NCBI GenBank assembly: GCA_965112155.1
Contig: OZ218101.1
Strand: one strand, 5' to 3'
From: Podarcis liolepis
Taxonomy: Eukaryota
DNA: 64,000 nucleotides
In this document: positions 26,362 through 37,716 of the stretch, piece by piece
Numbering within the stretch: position 1 is the first letter of the stretch
Layout: each line of letters begins with the position of its first letter
Notes under the pieces: generated by a model
The model's input: the letters and a program-made list of their open reading frames with translations, nothing else
Told to the model about the DNA's origin: nothing
Database searches by the model: none
Position numbers and translations under genes: made by a program

Positions 26362-26725
26362 GGGGACGCGGGTGGCGCTGTGGTCTAAACCACAGAGCCT
26401 AGGACTTGCCAATCAGAAGGTCGGCGGTTTGAATCCCCACGACAAGGTGAGCTCCCATTGTTCGGTCCCAGCTCCTGCCCACCTAGCAGTTCGAAAGCAC
26501 ATCAAAGTGCAAGTAGATAATAGGTACCACTCCAGTAGGAAGATAAACAGTGTTTCCGTGCACTGCTCTAGTTTCGCCAGAAGCAGCTTAAGTCTTGCTG
26601 GCCACATGACCTGGAAGCTGTCTGCGGACAAACGCCGGCTCCCTCGGCTTATAGAGCGAGATAAGCGTCGCAACCCCAGAGTTGTTCACGACTGGACCTA
26701 ATGGTCAGGGGTACCTTTACCTTTA
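26362..26725 (+). mobile_element. Sauria SINE (Squam1-type), full length
   Basis: Starts GGGGACGCGGGTGGCGCTGTGG, ends ACCTTTACCTTT. 13-bp TSD aagtata(c/t)gtgaa at 26349-26361 and 26726-26738. Confidence 0.92.
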
Positions 26726-29700
26726 AAGTATATGTGAACAGAAAACAAGCAAGTTCACTTCATTATAAAAATGCCCTTTATCTTCTTCAAACATGGTAGC
26801 AGACATGTTTCCTTTCTTCAGTTTAGTTCTGACCCGGGGAACTTCTTTAGGAAATGTTATTAGACCACCCAGACTCTAAAATTATCCAGTGTCCTCATAC
26901 AAAAGTATATAACAATTGGCAAAAGCCAGCCTATGTTAGTCACAGCTAAGCCCAACGTAGACTACATTCCTATGGGTCTGAATTTAATGGAAGTTACTTC
27001 TCAGGGAAACTTACACCAGAGTAAATACCCTAGGACTACATACCATTCACATGCACTCGTATCTGCACTGGAAATAAACGGGACCCAAACTGCAATCCTA
27101 TGACACTTACCTAGAAGTAAGCCCCATTGAACTCAATAGGGTTTACTTCAGAGTATGCACTGAAAGTCACGTCTTATCTATCGAATAGGTATAATAAATA
27201 TATTACCCAGGTCTAGGGATAGGGGAGAAATTTGTTTGGTTTGAAACTAATTTTCACTTCCTGAATCCTTATGAAAACCAAAGCACAACTACTCATGAAA
27301 TTTCATGCTTTTCTGAATTTTACAGTGCAGCTCTCCAACCAAAATATGCATACAAAAATGTGTATTGAGAAAAGCACAAACAAAAATGCTTACGTTAGTG
27401 AAGATAACATTAAAAATGTATTACCTGTGGGGAAAGTGCTTGCAAAAAATATGTATAGTAAGATAACTTATTTCTTGCAAATTAAAAAAAACCACACATG
27501 AATGACAACAGAAATTGGCCAAACAGAATTTAAGACTGGAAAAATAAGAAACCGAAATTGACAGAGTAATACATCCCTATTCCAAGCCCTACATGAAGGA
27601 ATACAAACTATCAGCTATCCTATACTTCTGCCACATGCAGGATGTTTCCACTTTTGTTTATTTCTTCCTCCACAACAAATCATGGATTTGGCTTTTTTTA
27701 TCACTTGCAAGCATGCAAGACAAATAAATGTTTGTCACTTTGCATTTTCATGGTGCTTAACAGTCTTGTTCATTCTGAGCAATCTCCCCAAAATGGCCTT
27801 GATCTTCCCAAAATGAGATAAATGAAAAGTATCTGTCAGAGCAATGGAGAAGCACTCAATTAGTCTGTTCCTCCCAAAAGAATGAACAACTTCTGTGTAT
27901 GTCTCTTCCTCATGAACCTTATAAAGCAGCAGAAAGAGAATGACAGCCCTGGAAAAATATTCCTAGACAGGTTGAACTTATTGTAGAATGAATGGAAAAT
28001 ATCAGAGGCACAATGTCAAATGTAAAGATCATAATTTAGTTCCCACCCACTCACCCAAATCTCCTAAATTCTTGGGTTAAAAATAAAGAAGTTTGGGTTG
28101 AGGAATCCAGATATCTCCAACATGCTACGGATTCATTCTCAATATAATTCCTAACAGCCTGACAGATATAAGCATTTCTCTTCTGCTTGTCGTACATTAT
28201 ACCCACTGTTCATAAATTCATTTTAAACAACAAGTGCATTTTAAAATCATCTACTCCAATGTTTTCTTACATCCTGGTAGTTGAACAACACTTATCTCCT
28301 GAATTAAAGTTGATATACATCACCCTTACACCTGAAAAATGTTTACTTCTTTAGGGGTTGAAGGCAGGAGTAACAATTATCCCCCTCACTGGAAACTATG
28401 CCTTTATCTCAACAGGGTCATGAAGCCAGGGGTGCTTCTTGACCAGAAGGGCCAGCTTAGAGCAGCAACTCTTGCAAAGATGCAATTGGTAGCCTCCTCT
28501 TGAGCTTGAGTAATGCTGCTGAATTTCTGCATGAGGAATGATTGAAAGATCCAATGACATCTGAGGCAGAGATGCAAGAGGATCACTTGCCAATCAGCAG
28601 AGGCTGATTGGAAGGAGGCAAGTCCACAGCAGTGAATCATGCAGAGACCCAGCCAGAGCTTCCTCTGCAAATGAGTACTTGGTCCTTGCAAGAGCTTTTT
28701 AATTGGTTAATTTATTTCTTGCAGCAGACAGGTAGTTTAGGAATCATCCTATACTTCAGCACTCTGCTTTCCAAAACAAATAGGAAAAGGGTTATGGATC
28801 TCACTGCTTTTGCTACATGGCCTGCGGGGAAGATTCATTGTTCCACTAGTTGTCCCACTTTAGGTTTCTTTGGTGCAGAAGAGTGGTCATGCTGCAGCAG
28901 CTAAAGCTTTAAAAAGGGTCAGGATGCCTAAAAATTATAGTATTTCTCAAAGAACGAATGACACTTCCTTTTAGCACTATTAAGCCGCCATGCCCATTTC
29001 AAATGGATCCATATCCCAGGCTGCTTAAATCATTCCTCTGCTGAACACATCCCATAATTTATCACATTTGTGGCAAAGAAGCTCTCCATAGCAACGTTTA
29101 CAAGTCTCCTTGGCAACAAAGCAGTTTTTGCTATGGCTCTCCCCATTCCTCCTGATTTTTAAACTCCCTGGAAAAAAGAATACAGAGGCTTGCCTCTCAT
29201 TTCGGTTTTCGCATTTTCAGGTTGGATGTACCTGGCACCATTTGGCCCTCTACCCCCCCCCCCAAAAAAAATTATGCAATTCACCGGTAGAGAATTGCTA
29301 CGCATTTTCAAATGCAGTGGAAATATCCTGGAGGTCAGATGAATCAATTGTTTTAGGAAACTTTCTCTCTGTGCCTCAGTTCTAAGTCCGCTTCAGTACA
29401 TGCTGATGCATGGATAAATATTATTTAAAATGAAATAAATTTGCACCAATCCGTCTGCAGGCAGCACAATGAACATTGCTGTAAATTGTTTTGCACCACT
29501 GCACCAGAAAAAACATTCAGAGCGCACTTATGAGAATGAAAATAATTAACTGATTATTAAGGATGAATCTAGAAAACAGAAATTAATACTTTGACCAATC
29601 CTATGAGAGCCACTGCTTTTATTCAGACCATTTAAACTTAGCAACCAGACCTAGGAGTTGGGCATTGCAGAAACCTGACTCAAACTGCCGGCAAGTGTTA

Positions 29701-31744
29701 CAGCCTTTCTTCCACTATATTAGGCATGTTCTAGGCTGCACTTGAGCAGGCAGATGCTTCGACCTCCCCAGCATTTTGCTTGCTTGAATGAGACTCTGCC
29801 TGAGTGTGGCAGTTCCACATGCACACCACAAAAGACTCCACTCATATAAGTTCACAGTAGCCCAACTACTCTTGCTGTAAGGAAGGGAAGTACAGACAGT
29901 TACCTGCAGACATGCAATCGCTTCCTAGCCTAGACTTTCCCTCTCACCATTTCAGGTCTGCTGCCGTGAGCCAAGTGGCTGGCCTCTAGCACCACCTAAT
30001 CCTAGTTGGAAGATGCTTGAGCAAGTGGCTCCCCAAAGGGTTTACTCAGCCAACACAACTCTGCACTGAAAAAAGGGTTCCTATGGAGTTTTTTTTAAAA
30101 AAAACACCTGGACCTCATAGGTTTCGCGCCCCGCTCACTAATCACTCACGCGGCTGCATGTATAGAGTGGGCCCACAAATGTACGAAAAAGGACCACCTG
30201 TGTTCAGGTAATTAGCAGCACTGAGAACCAATGGGGCACCTTACTTCTCCACAGACTTCCTGCTTTGGCAAGAATCTTCCCTTGGAGAACTTAAGACATG
30301 CCAAAGCCTCAGCTAATTCCACTTCGGTCAGAGATAAGGAAAATCACCAGTACTCAGTCTTTTACTATCACATCTAACTTTGTTTTGCTGGTATTTGGGG
30401 GGGAAAGGTGGAGAAAAGAATGCTTTTTACCAGGATTTTTTATTTTTAACTTGGATTTTTTTAAAAATAATAATAATAATAAAGTTTGCCATAGGTATGT
30501 AAGAGCCCCAAAGGAGGCAGCTAACAGTTCCCATAAGGGCCTGAGAACATTCTGTCCAATCTCAGGTCTATAAACGAAAAAAGCAAAGCAAAGAAATCTA
30601 CCAGTCCAGAACGTAACAGGCAGCAGAATTAAGTGGTAAAGTGGACTATAATATAGCACTTCAGATGGCAAGTGAAGTTACCATTTGTAAATGCCCCTAC
30701 CTCACAGGGGGGGAAAACTAACATAGTAGAGAGAAAGGATTTCACTGGCCTCTATAGTTTTCTAATTGTAGACCATTGTATTTGAGGGTCTTTTTACACA
30801 TAGAAAAACCTTCAAAAAAGAAACCTCACCTCACTGTAGTTTGTGTACAATCCATTCTGTTGTATGTGTTAAACCTCTTTTCCAAGTCACATTGTACATA
30901 AGAATAGTGAACTCTCAGGACCTATCTTTATGTAGCCAAAAGAACCGCCATCCACACACAAGAGGGAGATATCAAAAGGCTTGTGGAAGCCCCAAGGTTT
31001 GTGGACATACAACAAAAATATTTAGGGGGCGGGGGAGGAAGGGACTGAAAAACCACCCAAAACATCCCAACAAGGACAGAGCTTGCTCAATGGCCACAAA
31101 ATAATTAATGTCTGGCGAGGGTCAGAAAATTGGGGAACAGGCAGAATGGAGACCTTTGGGAGAGACATGGCTGGCTGGAATCCTGAATAGGACTACTCCA
31201 CACTGCAATGTTTTGTTAAGCTCCCAGCTATGCTACTAAAGATCAAAATGTTATCCAGATTTAAGGCTCTCAAGGCCGACTATAAACATGGTAACATTAG
31301 ATGTAAGACACTGATCAACTGAATAACAGCAACTCTCCATGGGAAAAGCTGAACCTGAAAACTTTCTGACTATATCAGGTACTTATGCCAATTGGCATGA
31401 TGAATGTCAGGTGCTTGGGTTCAAAATGCCCTGAAGTACCAAAAAACTAACACTAAAGGCTTGCTGCTCAGCTGTCTTGACTAGCTGCTGTTGCAAGGAG
31501 CAAAAAGTGAATAGACGTGGCAAACTTTTGTAGTGATGCTCTGAAAACTTTCCGTGCTTTGCAGGCATAGTAACCATAGACATCACCACATCAAAGAAAA
31601 ATGCACTTTTAAACATCTCGTCTACCACATTGGTTTTAATATGTTTATTAATTTTTAAAAACTTTATGCAATCAGCCTTCCTTTACCACCTTCAGACGGC
31701 TTAGTCTGCAGGAGCCTCATTTTTTCATTTTGCTGGAATCAATG

Positions 31745-31963
31745 CAGTCATACCTTGGTTCGCAAATGCCTTGCGAGTCAAACGTTTTGGCTCCCGAACG
31801 CCGCAAACCCAGAAGTAAGTGTTCTGGTTTGCAAATGTCCTTTGGAACCCGGATGTCCAATGTGGCTTCTGCGGCTTCCGGTTGGCTGCAAGCCAATCCA
31901 AGAGCTTCCTGCAGCCAATCAGAAGCTGTGCTTTGATTCCATTCAACTTCTGAGGTACCACTG
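31745..31963. mobile_element. Tc1/mariner (Tigger/pogo-like) MITE, older
   Basis: Right end GAGGTACCACTG+TA; degraded left end CAGTCATACCTT. Confidence 0.7.
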
Positions 31964-32142
31964 TATGACTATTCCCTAAGGCCTAAGCAGAACAGAATTG
32001 ACAAGATTCCAGCCTTTGTGTGTTGAAACTTTTTTGCAAAGCTAAGCCCTGTGACGTGCACAAAACTTTTATTTTGTAAACACCTTATCAGTCCACACAT
32101 AAACAAAAATCACAAACTGCCACCTCAAAGTAACTTGAAGTT

Positions 32143-33259
32143 TGGACAAAAAAGTTGGTTTCCAGGTGGAAAAATCAAAATTGGAAACAGAATTGCTAGA
32201 TCCAAAAATCAAGAATTTGTCAAGAATGTATAACTTGCTGTTGAAATGGAACACTCAGAATGAAATGGTGAAATCAGCTATGATTAAATGGGCACAAGAT
32301 GTTGGACATAACATAATGATGGCTGACTGGGAACAGTTATGGACCACAGGTATGAAATTTACGGCATGCAATGCCCTAAGAGAAAATTTAATGAAAATGA
32401 TTTATAGGTGGCACATGACACCAGTCAAGCTTGCAAAAATTTATCATTTGCCCGACAATAAATGTTGGAAATGTAACGAGACTGAAGGCACATTCTTTCA
32501 CCTTTAGTGGACATGCCCAAGGATTAAGACATTCTGGGAGATGATTTATAACGAAATGAAAAAGGTATTTAAATATACTTTCCTGAAGAAACCAGAGGCC
32601 TTTCTCCTGGGCATGGTCGGCCAAATGGTGCCAAAGAAGGAAGGAATTTTTTTTTATGTATGCAACAACAGCAGCAAGAATACTTATCGCGAAGTATTGG
32701 AAGACACAAGATTTACCCACCCAGGAAGAATGGCAGATGAAGTTGATTGACTATATGGAACTGGCGGAAATGACTGGCAGAATCCGAGACCAGGGAGAAG
32801 AGTCGGTGGAAGAACACTGGAAAAAGTTTAGAGACTATTTACAGAAATACTGTAAAATTAATGAATGTTAGAAAAATGTTGGAATGAAGTTATATGGCTT
32901 TAGTAGAAATGTTATAAGGAATTAAGTATAAATAGATTAATAGAGTATTAAAGGGAAAAATAAGGTCAGAATGTGTTAAGATAATTATAGGATAGAAAAC
33001 AAGAGGAAGATGGAAAGGAATTGCTGAAACAATTAATAGAAGTGGAATACAAAAAGGGAGGTGTGAGGAGGTCGTTGAAATAAGTGAATGAAAGATAAGA
33101 TATTGAAACTGATGTTGATTTGATGTTGTTTGATGTGTTTTTTTGTTTTGTTTTGTTTTGTTAGTTTATGTAGTGTTTTTGTATTGTATTGTATTGTTCC
33201 TTTTTTGGTAGTGTTTAAATTGTTGGAAAAGTAATAAATATTATTATATTTAAAAAAAA
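32143..33259 (+). mobile_element. 5'-truncated L1-clade LINE (ORF2 C-terminus + 3'UTR), antisense to BCOR
   Basis: Broken ORF with C-terminal zinc-knuckle CWKC...HLxWTC (stop at 32505-32507, frameshift ~32650). AATAAA at 33233, short A tail. Perfect 17-bp TSD caaagtaacttgaagtt at 32126-32142 and 33260-33276. Confidence 0.92.
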
Positions 33260-36103
33260 CAAAGTAACTTGAAGTTAATCACATTACATGGAAGTTAAGA
33301 ACCGAGCTATATAGGACAGTCTCTGTGGGGATCAGTAACCCTATGGCACCTTTGCCTCCCTGCAAGGATAACATTTGATAGTATTTACTATGTGCATCAA
33401 GATAATCAGGTAGTGAGCTATCCTGCCCCTCCCCCTTCAATGGCCACCAATTACGTGGAGCAGAAGCAGGAAGATTCTCCTGATGGCCCTGATTGATGCA
33501 GTGAGTACAGCTGAATCTAATAGCCACAGGAAATGAAGACCTTGCCACAGGATGCCAATCCCCTGGCAACAGCAATGTGTAATCTGGCTCCAAGACATAG
33601 TGTAATCCATTTTATCAACCATTTGCTTCTTGCACACAGGTGTTCTAAATACTGCAGATTTTAAAGAACTGATAAAATCCTCTTAGTTCACAGCAAACCT
33701 AAAAGTGCAGATACTCCACCCCTCTCACCTTTTGCAAAAGCAAATGAAAATAACAGAAAACATACAATGCCCATTTTCATTTTCAGGGACCCTGTTGTAT
33801 GTTCCATCCTCAAGAGAGATTGGTGCGTCCTATTTGTGGCACTCGCTCCCTAGTTTTAGGCAGGCTGTAAAAACTGTTTATACTGCCTGGTGTTCATTGG
33901 GTTTGAATTCCACTCTGATTTTGTTTTGGCCGCTCCGTTTTTTAAAAAACAAACAAACCACCCAATAATAAATAATAATAGTAATAGCAACAACTGAAAT
34001 CTTTGAGATGTTGTTGGTGTTGTCAATAATAATAAATAATTTTAGTAACAACAACATCCCAAAGATTTCATTGGCTTTGAAACAATGGAGCCTTGAAGAA
34101 TGAGGCATCATAGCAAGGAGTAAATGTCAACTTGGAAGAAAAAAATGCCGCTGCTGGATAACGTAAAGTGTCAAGTTACGGTCAATCTTACATAAAGCTT
34201 GACACTTGCGCATGCGTAGAAGAACAGTTGCAGTAGAGTAAATAACCTGAATCGTGTCCCTAGATAACCCATTCCAACAGAATTCGTCCTCACATCCGCA
34301 CCCGCAGGATCACAGCGACATGGTGCTCCCTTCACAAAACTTATGTTTGCCTCCCTGCAGCATGCTATGCACCCAATCAACCTCCATGTTTGTCTCCTTC
34401 CTTCTTTTATTCAAACCCTGATTTCTCCTTCCCTTCCTTCCTCACACCATTAGTTTCTTGGGCTCCAGCTGTCTCTGAAAAAGACAGCTCTTCCCTTCAC
34501 CCTATTGCTTGATGAAGTTGTGTATGACTCGCCCCTCCACCCACCGTATCAGCTGGGGGAATAGACACAGACTGCAACTGCTTTCCTTTTAACTGAACAG
34601 CACTTTTGAGTTTTCAGGGCTCATGGGGAGTGCACTGAAACACAAGCAGTTACTGAAACTGAAGGAAGCCACAAAAAGGAGGAGGAGGAGCAAGCAGAAT
34701 GGGGCATCAGGTCTCCAGGTTCAGAAGGAAGCCTAGGATGCATTCTTCAACTACCTGAACTCTGCTGAGCATAGCCGAGAAGAGAAGACCTTCTTCAAGA
34801 GTCTTAGCCTAGCCAAGCGCTCCCCAACCTTGTTCTATGCTGGATTAACAGTGTTTATCAAATACAGGCAACAACAGGGGTTACGTTCCTGCCTGCCCCC
34901 CCCCCCCACATTGCTGAAGCGCACATAAGCCTGCTCCACTCTGTTATGCCCCCACCCTGCCCCCTTTTCCCAGGCACGCATGCGCAGTTGCGCATCAATT
35001 GGAAGCGCACAAATCGTTGCCTGTAGATCTGGATTTTATAGATGAATATATGAATTTGTGGCCAACCCATTATGAGATGGCAACTTAGCAACTTGTAACT
35101 AACATCTCTTATTGACTCAGTTTACAAGCCATGGCAGACCAGCCCCCACAAAGTTACACACACTCTAAAGAACACCCATTTTTCTATTAGCAAGTTTGTG
35201 GGAAGGGAGAAGTAATAGGTTATCACATCTGAAGAGGCTTGGATACACTGAGGCGGCAAACCCTCCAATCTTTTTGTTCATTGCACACTTACTGCTGCTG
35301 AAATCACTAGAAATTAGCAGGTACTTCTTCCATTCTAATGGTGGGAAGAATACAGCCAAAATCAAGAACAAATCACCCCCAATTTTAAAAGGTAATGGGC
35401 AGCTGTTGGGGCACTAGATTGCCTCCACCAGTATGGCCAGGCTGCGTTGGCGTCACCACTGCCCAGCTCCCACATCACCCTGGTAAGCAGCAAGCAGCAG
35501 TGCTGGCAGGAGTTCAGAACTACGGTGCTGCCACACCAGCTGGCCCTGTTGATTCATGGCATAGTTTTATTCTTTACTAGTCTGATGGAAGTTGACAAGC
35601 CTATGAATGGAAAATTTGTGCACAGAACAGTTTGCTGATATGGAGGGAGAGGGCAGGCTTCTACTACACAATACAGATCACCACACTGCAGTGGCTTTCT
35701 GCAAAAAAAGCAACAAGACACACACAATGTTAACGTTCACACTCTTCAAATAACTAAATGGAAGGTTTTCTGATTATATGACTTAGCTCAACCCTCCCAT
35801 TACCTGTCTTCCTTTCTCCCTGCTTAAGACAACAGAGAAGCCACACTAAGACCGACGCAACTTTTAAGCTACACAAACGATGAGCTGCAGTTGACAAATG
35901 TTTACATGAAAGAAACTTGTTTTCACTTCTTGTCAAGGGAAACTTAGTGGGCGATATGCAACATTAGTCATATTCAGAGAAGACCCACTGACATCTACTG
36001 TTATCAAATGGTCTACTCTATGACTAATGTTGTATATCACCCAGTAGGTATTGCTATGACTGTGCAGCAGCTTTTTGGAGCTGAATGCTTTAACATCTAC
36101 GTA

Positions 36104-36328
36104 CAGTGGTACCTCAGATTAAGTACTTAATTCGTTCCGGAGGTCCGTTCTTAACCTGAAACTGTTCTTAACCTGAAGCACCACTTTAGCTAATGGGGCC
36201 TCCTGCTACTGCTGCACCGCCGCCACAGTGTTCTGTTCTCATCCTGAAGCAAAGTTCTTAACCCGAGGTAATATTTCTGGGTTAGCGGAGCCTGTAACCT
36301 GAAGCGTATGTAACCCGAGGTACCACTG
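36104..36328. mobile_element. Tc1/mariner (Tigger/pogo-like) MITE
   Basis: TIRs CAGTGGTACCTC / GAGGTACCACTG flanked by TA on both sides; internal TTAACCYGA repeats. Confidence 0.9.
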
Positions 36329-36410
36329 TAATGGCATCGCCATGTTTTGCTCTAAATGACTACAGGAGGCACACAGAAATTTCAAAAAGGCATATAAAAA
36401 CTTTGCTTAC

Positions 36411-36594
36411 ATCTGTCATTGTCATTTTGCCCAGCAATGGCATCTTCCAAAGTGACAGACTTAGGTTTCTTTTCATTATTTCCTTTCAAGTTTTCCCAGT
36501 CTGCTTGGTTGAATCTGCAGACCTCCGGGTCTTTGGTTGCTACGTGGCCTTCTCTCTCTTTCATCTCCAACTCTGAGAAGCGCATCATTGCACG
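36411..36594 (-). CDS. BCOR: BCOR exon 6 ([15 protein letters not shown]...NDNDR)
   Basis: 184 nt. Acceptor ttttctAG (36596-36595), donor GTAAGC. Overlaps ORF 36382..36588. Confidence 0.95.
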
Positions 36595-36982
36595 CTAGAA
36601 AGAGAATTGATATGGGGAAGAAAGACACCTCACAATAAGAGCTACTTCATTTACCTTACCTTCTATGAAAAGTATTTCCAAAAGAAAATATCTGCTCAAA
36701 CCCAAAGTTTTGAGATACACACAATTCTATATAAAGTTTTAAAATGCCATGTGTTCAATATGCAAGGCATGTAGTATCTATGCACAAATGATATACAGTT
36801 CTTCCATATATAAAAGTAAATAACATTATATATATATATATTTATTTATTTATATATGTGTATTAAAAAGCATTGTCTTTTGAGAGGTATAACAAAGAAA
36901 CAAAACATAAACTGTACAATGAATAAAGACGACCATGGCCCACAACTTCCCTTTGTGTACTTGGAAATGAAATTTTAACTCA

Positions 36983-37130
36983 NNNNNNNNNNNNNNNNNN
37001 NNNNNNNNNNNNNNNNNNNNNNNNNNNNNNNNNNNNNNNNNNNNNNNNNNNNNNNNNNNNNNNNNNNNNNNNNNNNNNNNNNNNNNNNNNNNNNNNNNNN
37101 NNNNNNNNNNNNNNNNNNNNNNNNNNNNNN
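36983..37130. other. Assembly gap (148 N) at the expected position of BCOR exon 5
   Basis: Run of N between exons 4 and 6. Confidence 0.99.
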
Positions 37131-37716
37131 TCATCCATTTTTATAAGCATCAACTAATTCTTTCTTTTTTTAACAACGCAAAACAATTTGGCTTAACTCA
37201 TTCTTTCACAAATCTAAAAAATAACCTACAATACTTGCCATCATTCAACGTCAAATTCACTACAGCTTCTATTCCTTTAAGCTACATTTCTGCTTGGTAA
37301 AGAAGTTGCATTAAACCGGCTAACATATGGCTGCTACTCCTTTTTAATCAAATGTCCTGTATGAAATAATCATCAGAACTTCTGCCTTTCCTTTGGTATT
37401 TAATAGTGCTAGCCAAACACAGGCAAGCTATAGCAAACTACCTTTAAAAACAAACATGTCATGCATTCTTCAGCTTCCTTTCACTACTACATGTTATGCT
37501 TATGAGATTTAATTATTTGTTACACCAATTAACTACATATAATTCTTATCTATTAACGCTCCAATACCCCTGGCTTCATAGCAGAACCCGATATACACAA
37601 GATTACCACTGCTAGTTAAGTTCAAGATAGACTTATAGAGTTGTACATATTTCATTCTCAACTGTGAACTGTGTTTTTTTTAAAAACTGCTTTGGTAGTT
37701 AAGCCTCAGAACTCAC

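Noticed and set aside
36850-37134. ORF with a poly-X translation
   Set aside because: Artefact of the N gap.
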